Below the pieces are notes generated by a model that worked only from the letters and a program-made list of their open reading frames with translations, searched no databases and was not told the DNA's origin. A stretch of DNA of 64,000 nucleotides from the human T2T-CHM13v2.0 reference genome, Homo sapiens. The position numbers were made by a program, and so were the translations under genes. The stretch is from NCBI RefSeq assembly GCF_009914755.1, contig NC_060940.1, one strand, 5' to 3'. Positions 1 to 26,007 of the stretch are shown here, in pieces (the first letter of the stretch is position 1; every line of letters begins with the position of its first letter).

Positions 1-41
1 CCATAGATAGCTTAAAAAATTATTGTGCAAAATTATATTAG

Positions 42-396
<355 letters not shown>

Positions 397-411
397 AACA
401 GAAAGTCTTTT

Positions 412-1430
<1,019 letters not shown>

Positions 1431-1477
1431 TATTAAGGCAAAATCCGCAAAACATAAAATTAACCATTGAAAAATGT

Positions 1478-1780
1478 GGCCGGGCTCAAGCCTGTAATTC
1501 CAACACTTTGGGAGGCTGAGGCAGGTGGATCACTTGAAGCCAGGAGTTCAAGACCAGCCTGACCATCACGGCAAAACCCTGTCTCTACTAAAAATACAAA
1601 AATTAGCTAAGTGTGGTGGCACACACCTGTAATCCCAGCTATCTGGGTGGCTGAGGCATAAGAATCTCTTGAACCCAGGAGGCAGAGGTTCAGTGACCCG
1701 GGATCACGCCACTGCACTCCAGCCTGGGCCACAGAGCAAGACTCTGTCTCAAAAATAAATAAATAAATAAAAATAAAATG
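1478..1780 (+). mobile_element. Alu
   Basis: Full Alu dimer with AAAT tail. Confidence 0.9.
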
Positions 1781-2309
1781 TAGCATTTAGTGGCCTTTTG
1801 TATAGAGTATATGTTCAGCATAGATATACCACTTAGTGGTCACTTTAGTGTAATACTTTAGTATAAAATGTTAAATTTTATGTTCTGTACATTTTACCAC
1901 AAGTAAAAAAAATTTACTCATTCACTTGTTCATCCTAGAGGTCTGGACTATTTTGGACAGATGCCGAGTGATCCAGGAGTTTACTATTATTATTTTATTC
2001 AATAAAATATCACATAGTGATATTCACTAGATCGGAACTGTTTCCTCTGTTATGAGAGCATTTTCTACAGCCTGCAGGATTGTGAATGTGCAACAGTAGA
2101 ACCGTAAGAAGACTCAGCCAGTGAGAGCTCAGCTCTGTTCAGATCCAGGGCCAGTCGTGAAGGGCAAGACCATTTACAGCCTCCATCCCAGCACCACGGA
2201 AGACCTGTGTTGGCAGCCGCGGGAGCAGCCCTTTAGAAACCCCTTGGATCCATTTTTTAAATGATTTCTCTGTGGTTCACGACAAATAATAATTTATAGA
2301 GTTAACCAT

Positions 2310-3003
<694 letters not shown>

Positions 3004-4053
3004 AAAAATTTAATAGTCAGCAATAATGTATTGTACACTTAACATTTTGTGAAGAGGCCAGATCTTATGTTAAGTGTTCTTGCCATAATTAAATTAAATT
3101 AAATTAAAATTTTTAAAAAAATTTTTAAATAATAAAGTTCGACACCCTTCCTCCCAAATGTCAGGCTGCAAAAGACACGACAATCACCAACATTTAAAAA
3201 CTCAATATCCATGAAAGATTGATGTGAAGGCTTTGGAAGAACGTGACTTTTCCCCAGGTGCCTTCCTCTCTCCAGGTTAAGAGCTGCTGTGCAGCTTTTG
3301 GAACTGAGGACACCAAAGCCTCAGGTGTCTGAAAGATGGCTACTGCAGTTAAAAAGTCACGCACCCTCTGTTCACGTTACATATTTATATTTTGGCAAAG
3401 CTTCCAAGTGACTGCTCAGAGGGGCACTGGCAATCCGTCATGCCTAAGGCATTCACGTGATAGCAAGTGGCAATTATGGGTGCCCACCAACACCACCCAA
3501 CATTCCCAAACCCTCGCTGGAGCACATATGGCCTGCAAGTGCTTCGACACTAATGTTGAGTTTCAGTGTGAAAGCTGGAATCTGAGGTCCACACAAAAAT
3601 CTTTTAACATTTGTTTAAATTAAAAAAAAAAAGAAAGAAAGAAAAGCTCATAAATAGCAAAGAGCCATGTCTATGATTGCCTGAGATTTTGTTTGGTTTT
3701 TATTTTCAGAGCCAGTTGCAGATTTTATTCCTTCCACTTGGAGAAGGCCAAATCCCAGCTGAGTCCTTTTGATCTTTATCTTGCTTCTGGATCACATACT
3801 CTTTGGATAATTGGCTTCAGTAAGCTCAGTAAATTCCAGCCTTCCTCTTGGAAGCTGCAGAAATATGTGGCAGGTTCTGTAAGGGATGCAGGCAGTTCTC
3901 CACGGGACATGGATTTTAGGCCTCACCAGGCCACCCCACTTTGAACCCCAGTTCGCAGCATCACTGGGAATAGCAGGGGTCTTCCAGGAGCAAAGAAACT
4001 ATGATTCAAGTAGAACCTAAGAGATGTGCAGATAGAAGTAATTCAAGATGTTA

Positions 4054-4367
4054 GTTTTTGTTTGTTTGTTTGTTTTTTAGCGAGGTCTTGCTCTGTTCCC
4101 CAGGCTGGAGTGCAGTGGCACAATTATAGCTCACTGTAACCTCAAACTCCTGGCCTCAAGCGATCCTCTCACCTCAGCCTCCTGAGTAGCTGGGACTACA
4201 AGCACACACAGCCATGCCTGGCTATTTTTTTTTTCTTTTTTCTTTTTTTAGAGACAAGGTCTCACTATGTTTTCTAGGCTGGTCGTGAACTCCTGGTCTC
4301 AAGCAGTCCTCCTGCTTTAGCCTCCCAAAGTGTTAGGATTACAGGCATGAGCCACTGCACCTGGCCT
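4054..4367 (-). mobile_element. AluJ
   Basis: Antisense Alu flanked by an aagatgtta direct repeat. Confidence 0.88.
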
Positions 4368-4547
4368 AAGATGTTAACTATTTTAACTGTAACCCTGATA
4401 ACACCAACCTAGATATAACTAAGTCTTCTAAGATCAATCTTTCCTTCAGTGATGGTGTCTGATGGAGTGCTTTTAGCTGGAAGCATTGAAGCTTGCAGAA
4501 AACCCAATTCAACTGACTTAAGCAATGATAAATGCATAATCTAATAC

Positions 4548-5155
<608 letters not shown>

Positions 5156-5989
5156 CATAGCAAAATGCCTGAGGGTGGAAGAGTTGGGGAGGGTCACAAT
5201 GGGTCAATGATATCATCAAAGGCTTAAGTTCTTTTGAGCTTTTCATATTGCCAAACATAGCGTTGTTCCTAATGGTTGCAAGATGACTGCCACAGCTATG
5301 AACATCACATCTTCACAAAGTAACTTCCAAAGCCAGAGCAAGAAAGGAACACATGTTTCCTCCTTGGGTTCATTCATAAAATGAGAAAAATGTTCCCAGA
5401 GCCCCACCTCTCAGGCTTTCCTGCATTGGCCAGAATGGTGTCACATGCCTGTTTCTGAACCAATCACTGGCAGAAAAAAGAGGACTTACCATGATTGGTT
5501 TGAAATATTCAAGATCCACTCTCCCATCTCATGGACCTGGGGAGAGGGCTAGGGCTCCTCAGAGCTCATGGCCACTGAATGTCTGAAGGAAACCAGAATT
5601 TGGCTGATGAGTAAAAAAGAGAAAATGACTACCAGGTAAGCAATGGTATCTGCCATGCTATCCCACACACAATTTCCAAGAATCAAGCCACTGCAGGACT
5701 CCAAGCTGATTATGAATGAGATCTTAGCTTCTGTCTGCACTCATGTGTACTGCCTTGGGGTGGCCTCCAGCCCCTCTGGGGCTTTCAACTCAACCAGCAA
5801 AAACCCTTCAGCTATTTATTAATATATTATTGAATGGTTAAAAAAGAAACAACTTCTATTAATAAATACAGTTCTATTTTTTTCAAGGCAATTTCCCATC
5901 CTTTGTATTATTTTCTCCACATGAACAACCCCAAGAAGTCCCAAGAGATTAAATGACGTCCCTAAGGTCACCCAGAAACATAGCAGCCA

Positions 5990-6220
5990 CTATGTATGCA
6001 CCAGAATCTGTGCTAGGCACTGTATGTAAATAGTCTTATCTAATTTTCACTACAACCTAACGCGGTAGACTTTACTGCTATTCTCATGTTATAAAGGAGG
6101 ACTGAGGCACACAGAGGTTAAGTAACTTGTCTATGGTTACACAGCTAGTGAGTGGCAGAGCCAGGATAGACCTCAGGGCTGTCTGAGCCCCAATCCCATA
6201 CTGTTTAACCTCTAAGTTAT
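5990..6220 (-). mobile_element. MIR
   Basis: actgaggcacacagaggttaagtaacttg MIR core. Confidence 0.75.
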
Positions 6221-6624
6221 ACATATTTTCCCTTTTTTAACCATCGGTATTCCAGATGCCATTACTCAGACTGACTTATTAAGAGATTAACCTATACAAT
6301 ATTCCCTTGTGTTGTCACAAATAAGAACAGCCTCAGAAAGTGGAAATAATGGAATGGGAAGGACAGGGGCTGTCCTTTATGATTTTTTTTTAATAGAGTT
6401 GGGGTTCTCACTATGCTGCCCAGGCTGGTTTCAAACTCCTGGCCTTCAGTCATCCTTTCACCTGGCCTCCCAAAGCACTGGGATTACAGGTGTGAGCCAC
6501 CACACCTGGTCCTCTCGTCCTTCATAACTGCCCACCTACCCTGACTCACCTATTAGCTAGTTATATACAAAACCACCCCACACTCCCCCAAAAGACCAGA
6601 GGCCAGGCCTCCATTGTACTCACT

Positions 6625-6927
<303 letters not shown>

Positions 6928-7405
6928 TTGTACTCACTTTTTAAAAAACATTTCCTATCCTCCATTTCATTAAGAAGGATAATATGAAGATATTACTCCA
7001 TGAATACTGTTTTCTATCTTCCCAGAGACTTGAATTTAATTTTGCTAGGAGATGAGGAAGAACTCTCAATATTCCTCTTTTATCCTCTGATTTTATTATA
7101 AATTGTGAGAATTATAGCAACATAATTAAATCATTTAGGGAAGGTTTTCAGGAAATTGACATTAAAAGAGAACTGAAGAAGAAAAAATCCTGTTCATTTT
7201 TTAAATCTATTTAGTGAATATTTGGATAGAATAGCACTCTATACCCATGCATACCTGTTAACTGGCAGTCTTTTCAACGCTATTTGGAGTCTAAATGACA
7301 TTAACATGAAAAGTAGAAATGTATACCACACAAATATTCTAAGTACTCTAATCCAAAAAAAGAGAGTCCAGCAAAATGTATAAAGCAGGTAAGGCAAATT
7401 AATAG

Positions 7406-7757
<352 letters not shown>

Positions 7758-7790
7758 TCTGGTGGGATTTTTTAAAAAATCAGTTGCACA

Positions 7791-8371
<581 letters not shown>

Positions 8372-9140
8372 CTATCCTCTTCTCCCTTGTGCACGACTAT
8401 AGGGTCTGAAAAAAATAAAATATAGATAAAAAAATAAAATATTACAGATACTTGTAATAATATGTAATTTCTGGATTTTGACCATTGCACTGTGGTTATA
8501 TATAAGAATGAACTTGTACATGGCAAATAAACTCTGACACGTGCAGAAGTACAGAGCATTCTGTTTACAACTTATTTTTAAATAAACAGAAAAATAATAT
8601 GAAAAATAGAACTATAAGGCAAATGTAGCAAAATGTTAATTGGAGAATGTGATGACAGATATATAGAAGTTTTTAATGCTATTCTTGCAATGTTGTTGTA
8701 ATTTGAACTTATATTTCAAAATAAAGTTACCAAAAATAATTAAAATGAGAAAAGTTTTTTAAAGAAAAAGAGAATAAAGGCAGATACTCACTGTCCTATC
8801 TTACCTTGAAGCTAAATGTGGTCATGCGATCTAGGTTTGGCTCATGAGCTATAAGACAAGGTATGCTGGGCTTTTATTTACCCTGATAAAATGGAAAGTC
8901 CTGTGAGGGGTGCTTAGGGGTGCCACCCCATCCTCCTCTTCACAAGTGGAATACAGATGTGATGCTGGAGCTGTGGTAGCCATCTTATGACCATGAGGCA
9001 ACAAGACTAAGAGCCGAAAAAGCCAATATGTGAAGGATGAGTGTGCAGAGAGGAAGTGCCTGGTCCTTGATGACATTGTGGAAATACTGGACTACCTCTG
9101 TGACTGCCCATCTCTACTTTCTTGTGTCCTTGTGTTTTAA

Positions 9141-10652
<1,512 letters not shown>

Positions 10653-10800
10653 AGAAGACTATGCAAGATTGAACCTTAATTTCCTTGCAGAAACAGTAGG
10701 CTGACACTGAGTAATAGCTACCACCTGCCTTTCAATGGTATATTTTGGTGACCAACATGTTGTTTGGGCTTATGTCTTTCAGTCCTAGTTATCTATGAAC

Positions 10801-12375
<1,575 letters not shown>

Positions 12376-12482
12376 TATCCATATTAAATGTTTCATCTAA
12401 AAGTTTTCTTTCCATCATTTATATTAATATCTTATAAGAAATACTCAGAACTATAACATCCAATTAAGCCATTTTAACTCTA

Positions 12483-13036
<554 letters not shown>

Positions 13037-13194
13037 TCAGAACTAGAGCTGTACTGTGGAATTTATACAGAAGCAAATTTTCATTTAGACTAAGAAAAAC
13101 TGCAAACAATTAGAGCTGCCCATCGCTGGAAAGGGCTGGCTGCCAAGAATGAGAGCTCCATTACCGAAGGCATTCTTGCAAAGACTGAATGGCC

Positions 13195-14040
<846 letters not shown>

Positions 14041-14107
14041 AAGACTGAATGGGTATTGGGCAGGGAAGTAGGAAGTTCTGCACTCTGTGGAGGGCATAGT
14101 AAGACCG

Positions 14108-14256
14108 ACACTTCTCAAATTTGAATGTGCACAGAGACCTTGTACAGACCGTGATTCAATATGCCTGGGTTTAGGGCCTGAGATTCTGCATTTCTAACAA
14201 GCTCTCAAGGAATGCCAGTGCTCTTGGTCTATAGTCCATATGTTGAGAAGCTAAGG
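14108..14256. mobile_element. MER5A-like hAT DNA transposon
   Basis: gggcctgagattctgcatttctaacaagctc motif. Confidence 0.65.
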
Positions 14257-14424
14257 ATGAGATGAACCAGACTCCCTTAGGACCCCAAAGATTTATGAAT
14301 CTCCCATCAATGTGTGAAAGCTCCAAGCCAATAGAGACCACGTCTTCCCTTTATATGTTATATCCCCAATACCAAGCATGGTGCCTGGCACATAGTAGGT
14401 GCTCAAAAAATGTTGTTGAGGACC

Positions 14425-14790
14425 ATGGACTATGCAGTCATAAAAAGGAATGAGATCATATCCTTTGCAGCAGCGTGGTTGGAGCTGGAGGACATTATCC
14501 TAAGCAAATTAATACAGGAACAGAAAACCAAATACCACATGTTCTCACTTATAAATGGGAGCTAAATATCAAAGTTTGCATGGACACAAAGAAGGGAACG
14601 ATACACACTGGGACCTATTGAGGGTGGAAGGTGGGGGAGATGACTGAAAAACTACCTTCCGGGTACTATGCTTACTAGCTTGGTGGTGAAATAATCTGTA
14701 CACCAAACTCCCATGACATAAAATTTACCCATGTAACAAACTCACACATGTACTCATTGAATGTGAAATGAAAGGTGAAAGAAAAAAAAA
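14425..14790 (+). mobile_element. L1P 3' end
   Basis: aaggaatgagatcatatcctttgcagc, cagaaaaccaaataccacatgttctcacttata, poly-A. Confidence 0.8.
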
Positions 14791-16237
14791 TGTTGAGGAA
14801 TACTCCTCAGCAATAAAAAGAAACTAACTGAGTAATAGAAGCTGCTCTCAAAAGTTCATCTGCCACATGATCATATCTATAGGACATTCTTGAAAAGACA
14901 AAGCCATGACACAGAGCCTGTGAGTGTTTGCCAGGGGTGAGGGGTGGGGGGAATGTAATGATAAAGAGAAAGCATGATGGAGTTGTGGGGACGACACAAC
15001 TGTTTTGTATTCTGATGATGGTGGTGGTTTCAGAAATCTATACATGTCTTAAAATTCACAGATCTGCACACCAGTCTGGGCCTGGTGGCTCATGCCTGTA
15101 ATCCCAACACTTTGGGAGCCTGAGACACAAGGATTGCTTGAGCCACGGAGTTCAAGACCAGCCTGGGTAACATAGGGAGACCCCATCACCACAAAAGTAA
15201 AAATTTAAAAATTAGCTAGGTGTGATGGTGCACACCTGTGGTCCCAGGTACTTGGGAAGCTGAGGTGGAGGAACATTTGAGCCAGTTGTGTTGAGGCTGC
15301 AGTGAGTTGTGATCACACCACTGCACTCCAGCCTGGGTGACATAGTGAGACCTTGTACTCAAAAAAAAAAAAAAAAATTCTGCATACCACAAAAAGTCAA
15401 TCTTACTGTATGATCATTCAAAAAACAAAATAAATATATTGGAAACTAGTAATCATTATTGAAAACAGACATTTCAGAATGACATTAATTGAACACCTAC
15501 CCCGTGCCAAGCCAGAGCCAGGTACTGAAAATTCAAAGATGAATGAGACAAAGCCCCCACCCCAAACCCAGTCCTCATCATTGCTGAAACTGCTCTCTGA
15601 AAGTAATTATTTGAGAGTCATAAGGAACAAACAGAGGCTCGGAAACCATCTAAGGTCTTCATCGGTTTGTAATCACCATTGTTTATGCTGGAAATCAAGA
15701 TAAGTACCGATTACATTCTGGGCATTTGATAGGCTTGGAAAAAATTCCAGGAATGTTGCTCAAATTGCCTTATTTATTAGCCTGTCCCCACTTAACATGT
15801 CCACATGTTTGCCTCCAGACTTAACCTTGTAGACTGTCAAATCCATCCAAGGGAAATCCAATTTGCATAATCTAGTCTAGCTGCCAACTGACAAATGAAA
15901 CACATCCAGCCCAGAGCAGAGAGAATCTTGACTCAGAACTTGTAAAAATTCAAACAACTCAGAACTCTAAAATGCAAAGATCATTTCTGTAGACAATTTG
16001 GTGTGTATTCCTCCAGTGCTTTTTTTCTATCCATATACTAAAAAATGTACGTACATTATTTGTTTTACAACAATGTGATCATACTGAATAAACTGTTCCA
16101 TAACTTGCTTCTTTTCTTCACTTGACAGTACGGACAGTTTTTCATGTCAGTAACAGAAACTGACTTTTTTTTTTTTTTACAAGGGCTGTACAAGTAAGCC
16201 ATTGCTGAAATGTACCATAATTTATTAACTTTGTCCT

Positions 16238-16657
16238 TGTATTAGTCCATTTTGCATTGCTGTAAAGGAATATCTGAATCTAGGTAACTTATAGAGAAAA
16301 GAGGTTTATTTGGCTCACAGTTCTACAGACTGAACACGAAGCTTGACACCAACATCTGCTTCTGGTCAGGACTGCAGGATGCATTTACTCATGGTGGAAG
16401 GTGAAGGAGGAGCAGGCATGTCACATGGCAAGAGAGGGAGCAGGAGAGAATAGGAGGGGTGCCATGCTCTCTTAAACAACCAGCTCTCACATGAACTAAT
16501 GGAGGGACCACTCACTTATTATCAAAGGGAGGGCATCAAACCATTCATAAAGGATCCACCCCCATGACCCAAATGCCTCCCACTAGGTCCCACCTCCAAC
16601 ATTGGGCATCAAATTTCAACATGAGACTTGTCAGGGACAAATATCCAAGTTATATCA
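16238..16657 (-). mobile_element. MST-type MaLR solo LTR
   Basis: tgtattagtcc...tatatca termini; flanks gtcct/gtccc (4/5 TSD). Confidence 0.85.
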
Positions 16658-16710
16658 GTCCCTTCTTGGTAGATAATTGCATTACTTCCATCTTTCACTG
16701 TTATAAATTC

Positions 16711-17283
16711 TGTCAGTCAGGATGAGCTAGGTTAGGCTGCTGTAATGAATATTTCAAAGCTTAGTGGCTGAAAATAAGAAAGGTTTATTTCTTGCTCATG
16801 ATACATCTCCACTGTTGGTCAGCTGGGACTCTACCTTATGTCATCCTCATTCCAAGAACCAGGCTGATGGAGCAGCCATTACCTGGAAGGTGCAGGACAG
16901 TGTAGCACAGGAAAAAAGAGAGTTTGACAAGGTGTCTTAGTCCATTTTGTGCTGCTATAACAGAATACCACAGGCTGGGTAATTTATAATGAACAGAAAC
17001 GTATTGACTCACAGTTCTGGAGGCTGGGAAGTCCAAGATCACAAGACCAGCATCTGGCGAGAGCCTTCTTGTGCACCATCTCATAGCAGATGAGCAAGGA
17101 GAAGGTAACAGACAGCCAAAAGAGAGCCCAATTTATTATTTTATAAGGAATCCATTCTATCATTACTCTATCATGAGGGCAGGGCCCCCATGACCCAAAC
17201 ACCTCCCATTAGGCCCCACCTCCCAACACCACCATGTTGAGGATCAAGTTGCCAACACATGAACTTTGGGGGACACATTCAAT
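16711..17283 (-). mobile_element. Old MLT1 fragment followed by an MLT1A/MSTD-like LTR (from ~16933)
   Basis: tgtcttagtccattttgtgctgctataacagaatacc...gggacacattcaa MaLR motifs. Confidence 0.7.
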
Positions 17284-17499
17284 GGTGGAAGCATCCTGGC
17301 CATGCTGGCAGCTGATTAGATGGTACTCACCTAGATTAGCAATGATGGAAGCTAATGTTTTCATTGTTGGGGTGGGAGATTACAGATAAGCAAGTAGAGA
17401 TGACTAAAATGATCCACGTGGAAACGGATTTGAGTTAGAGACATTAGTACAAAGTCCTGTTTAGTGTACTGTCATTCAGATGGTATATATATATATACA

Positions 17500-17897
17500 T
17501 ACACATGTATGGAGTTTATTAAGTATTTGCTCACATAATCACAAGGTCCCACAGTAGGTCATCTGCAAGCTGAGGAGCAAGGAGAGCCAGTCCAAGTTCC
17601 AAAACTGAAGAACCTGGAGTTTGATGTTTGAGGGCAGGAAGCATCCAGCATGGAAGAAAGATGTAGGCTGGAAGGCTAGACCGGTCTAGCCTTTTCATGG
17701 TTTTTTTGCCTGCTTTATGTCGTGGCCACACTGGCAGCTGATTAGATGGTACCCACCCAGATTAAGGGTGGGTCTGCCTTTCCCAGCCCACCGACTCAAA
17801 TGTTAAGCTCCTTTGGCAATACTCTCACAGACACACCCAGGATGAATACTTTGCATCCTTCAGTCCAATCAAGTTAGCATTTAGTATTAACCAGCAC
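17500..17897 (-). mobile_element. MLT2A (HERV-L) LTR
   Basis: aaggtcccacagtaggtcatctgcaagctgaggagcaagg...ttaaccagcaca. Confidence 0.8.
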
Positions 17898-17938
17898 AGA
17901 GCTCTTTGGAGAGGCAGCTGATTCTAGGACAGGGCCAG

Positions 17939-18362
17939 TGTGTTAGTCCATTTCTGCATTGCTGTAAAAAAGTACCCGAGGTTGGGTGATTTATAAAGAA
18001 AAGAGGCTTAATTGGCTCATGATTCTGCAGGCTGTACAGGAAGCATGGCATCTGCATGTGCTTCTGGTGAGGACCTCGGGAAGCTTCCAGTCATGGCAGA
18101 AGGCAAAGGGGGAGCTGATGTATCACATTGTGAGAACAGAAGCAAGAGACAGAGGGAAGAGCCAGGATCCCTTTAAACAACGAGCTCTCATGTGAACTGA
18201 ATGAGAACTCACTCATCACCAAGGGGATAGCACTAAGCCATTTACGAGGGATCCGCCCTTGTGATCCAGTCACTTCCCACCTCCCCAACAGGCCCCACCT
18301 CCAACACTGGAGGTCACATTTCAACATAAGATGTAAAGGGGACACACATCCAAAGTATATCA
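17939..18362 (-). mobile_element. MST-type MaLR LTR
   Basis: tgtgttagtccatt...gggacacacatccaaagtatatca. Confidence 0.8.
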
Positions 18363-18619
18363 ACCAGGAAATATAAAAGACAAGCCTGAAGAATCTTGTA
18401 GTGCCAGAAAGGAAGGAAATGCACGCACGCGCACACACACACACACACACACACAACCCACAATGGTGGGGTATGCCAAAGGGAGACAGATGCCAACTAA
18501 AAGGGTCTCAGTAACCAAAACTAGAATAATCTGAGCAACAAAAAGCCCCCCAAAACATAAAGTTATATTAGATTAGAACTCAAAAGAACTCCTGAGTCCA
18601 TACTGATACAAATAAATGA

Positions 18620-18775
<156 letters not shown>

Positions 18776-18929
18776 TAGAGGCATGAGCCACCAAGCTCGG
18801 TTTAAATAAATGATTTCATAAACAAATAAGGAAAACTAGCTCATGGTTCTGCAGGCTGTACAGGAAGCATGGCACTGGCATCTGCTCCTGGTGAGAGCCT
18901 CGGGAAGCTTCCAATCATGGCAGAAGGCG

Positions 18930-19470
18930 AATCACCCATGTGGAAGAATATTCCAAATAATTCATGCAGACACTTTGTCCTCAAGAGTTGGGGGAACATA
19001 ATGCCTCATTCCTTAAGTGTAGGCAGCACACGGTGTCTTCCTTCCAAAGAGTGCATGCAGTATGGAAAGGGGTGGAGGCAGAGTGAGCGTGCAGTGGAGA
19101 AACCTGGTAAGCCCAGCCTCAGCCAGGTGATGAAGGTCCACATTAACAGTGACCCGTCACGTTGATGGTAGGCACCCTCGACATGCGATGAGAGAGGCAC
19201 TTTACCTCTGAGGTCTTCCTCCCAAAACCCCATAACCTCTGCCTAATGATAATAAAGACATAAGACAAAACCAAATTCAGGGACATTCTACAAAATAACC
19301 GTCCAGCACTCCTCAAAACTGTCAAAAAAGCCAAGAACAAGGGAAGTCTGAGCGACTGTCACCATGAAGAGGAGCCTAAGGAGATATTAGGACTAAGTAC
19401 AATGTCATGTTTCTGGATGGGATCCAGGATCAGAAAAAGGACATTACAGAAAACTGAGGACTTAATGCCA
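18930..19470 (+). mobile_element. L1MC/L1MD-like 3' fragment
   Basis: ccaaattcagggacattctacaaaataacc...ggatccaggatcagaaaaaggacatta. Confidence 0.65.
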
Positions 19471-19609
19471 TTTCTGGTTTTGAGACAAAGTATAACCCAT
19501 GAATAAAACAGAGAGAAACTAGTGTTGTGTGATTCAGTTGGGGTGCTGCCATCTGCAAGTATTAATAAGAGAAACTCCAGCCAAAAATGGCCTAAGTGTA
19601 AGAATCCAG

Positions 19610-20370
<761 letters not shown>

Positions 20371-20441
20371 ATTCAGGCAGCAGAGAGAATCCAGGGCCAA
20401 TTGGTTGAGTGGCTTAACCAAGTCAAGCCCTTCCATCTTCA

Positions 20442-21041
<600 letters not shown>

Positions 21042-21767
21042 TCACTAGGTTGGGTTATATGAGGTCCTACCCAAATGCAAAGAGAGAAAAAAATTACCAT
21101 TTCAAGACCCTTCTAGTCTGAAGACACTAAGTTTCTATCTAGGACGTCAAATTGCTTTGTGCCCTTCAACATATAACCACTTTCTCTTTGAGTTACAATG
21201 TATTTGACTGTAAATAAATATGGAAATATGTTTAATTCTGCAATTTTTTATTTTTTTAGAGACAGAATCTTGCTCTGTTGCCCAGGCTGGAGTGCAGTGG
21301 CATGATCTCGGCTTACCGAAGCCTCAACCTCCTGGGCTCAAGCAATCCTGCTACCTCAGCCTCACGGCTAGCTAGGACTATAGGCATGCATTACTATGCC
21401 CAGCTAACTTTTGTTGTAGTTGTTGTAGAGACAGCTATGTTGCTCAAGCTGGCCTCAAACTTCTGGCTTCAAGTGATCCTCTGGCCTTAGCCTCCCAAAG
21501 TGCTGGGAATCGCAGTCATGAGCCATCATCCCTAGCTATCTCCAATTTCTTGAAATTACTGCTTACTGAGTTTTTTTAATATACAAGTGCAACCTTCTAA
21601 TAACATTTTGTCATCGATATTATTATATTTATTAAAGAGACAGCATAGCTAATTGATTAAGGATGAGACTGTATGAATATAAATCCCAAGTTTACAACAA
21701 ATCTATTAATAGTAGCAGTGTGACATTAAAGAGATTTATTAACCACTCTAAGCTTCAGTTTCCTTGG

Positions 21768-22138
21768 TGTATTAGTCTGTTTTCATGGTGCAAATAAAGA
21801 CATACTTGAGACTGGGTAATTTATACAGGAAAAAGGGTTTAATGAACTTACAGTTCCACGCGGCTGGGGAGGCCTCACCATCATGGTGTGACGCAAGGAG
21901 GAACAAGTCACGTCTTACATGGATGGCAGCAGGCAAAAAGAGAGAGCTTGTGCAGGGAAACTGCCGTTTAAAACCATTAGATCTTGTGAGACTTATTCAC
22001 TATGGTGAGAACAGCATGGGAAAGACTCGCCCCCCGTGATTCAATTACCTCCCACCAGGTTCTTCCCACGACATGTGGGAATTGTGAGAGTTACAATTCA
22101 AAATGAGATTTGGGTGGGGACACAGCCAAACCATATTA
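21768..22138 (-). mobile_element. THE1 solo LTR inserted in a MIR
   Basis: tgtattagtctgttttc...cacagccaaaccatatta; perfect 5-bp TSD CTTGG (21763-67, 22139-43). Confidence 0.88.
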
Positions 22139-22355
22139 CTTGGTTACAAAATAATAACATTTACTTCTAGGAGAATTATATAAGATGAGGCCTGTGACGT
22201 GCTTAAAATGTGTCTGGCACATAATAAATACTCAATAAATGTGAGTCCTTATACACATATGAAAGTCAATATTCGCATCTTTTGCCAGATTGAATCCTCT
22301 CTCCTGTCATCATGTGGAGCTGAATGAAAATGATCAGGTGAGGGTGGGAGGAGGT

Positions 22356-24115
<1,760 letters not shown>

Positions 24116-24149
24116 TTGGGTCTTTATTGATTTTGCTTCTTTTTATTAA

Positions 24150-24533
<384 letters not shown>

Positions 24534-25580
24534 TAAGTTTTCACAATTTATCACCTGTAAAACCAGCATCTGGATCAAGAAACAACTCTATGACCCCTCC
24601 CCCAGGAGCCCCCTCATACCTGGAAGGAGCCTGTGGGAACTAGCAAGAACCAAGGCCCAGGAAGGTGCAGTAAGTAGCACCATATATTTATTTGGAAAAT
24701 ATCAAGTACTCTTTGAAAATGCTTAATTGATAGAATTGTTGGAGGAAAAGTCATTCCTCTTCTAGGGAAATCCATTTAATGTTTCCATTTTTAATGACTT
24801 TTAAAGGGATCTTCAAGAAGGTTTTTCATGTGCTGCAAACAGAAATCATTCCATAAACTTATGGGATTGTTCATTAAAAAAGACTTTTAAAAAAAATGTA
24901 AACCCACCCCTGCTGTCAATCTTAGGGGGAATGAGAACACAGGTCCAGTTATTGACTGTGGCCTAGCCTCTTCCACCACCTGCTGGTGGATTATGGGAAC
25001 CTCATCACCATGTGATGCTTGTTTGGGGTATTTTTCATTTCTTCTATAAATACATATTGAACAAATAATATGTGTTGGACACAGTCTTATGTCCATAAAG
25101 CTCAGGATTTGGTAGAGAAGATGGACATCCATTCACATATAATAACTGTAAATTTACAAGTGTAATAAATTCAGCCGTGACAAGAGATCCCCAAGCTGTC
25201 TGTTCATCAGATCCCCATAAGAATTTTGTTAGAATAATTTTTACCAAAAACCCCACTCCCAGAGATCTGTGTCCATAGGCCTACTGTGGGGCCTAGGAAA
25301 TCTGTATTTTCTGTCAGCACCCAACAAGATTGTTGATGCACAGATAAGGATGTCGTAGATCGGTTTGGGGTGGGTTACAGGGAACTTTGAACGTTGAATT
25401 AGACTTTAAATGCACTGACAGTAAAATTACAAACAAAGCAAAGATATCAGAGCACCAAGAACCAGTGAATGGAAATCATCAGGTTAGCAAGGCAGTTGGA
25501 ACTGGAGAAAGTTGTAGAGGGAAGAGGGAGAGAGAAAAGTAAACGGGGAGATTGATTATAAGGCAGGGAATTGGGTTTTA

Positions 25581-25941
<361 letters not shown>

Positions 25942-26007
25942 TCAAAAGCACAGCCCCTTATACCAGGACTCTCAATCCCTACCACTGTAATCACTGCATC
26001 ATGTATA

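Noticed and set aside
2061-2110. Possible 33-nt micro-exon (ttttctacag|...AACC|GTAAGA)
   Set aside because: Weak donor, no linked exons, no recognisable peptide.
15793-15810. p53-like CATG pair (aacatgtccacatgttt)
   Set aside because: Core spacing is wrong for a canonical two-decamer response element.
24973-24986. CTCF-like CCAGCAGGTGGTGG (and a similar motif near 7443)
   Set aside because: Mismatch at the key GGCRC positions; too weak without binding data.
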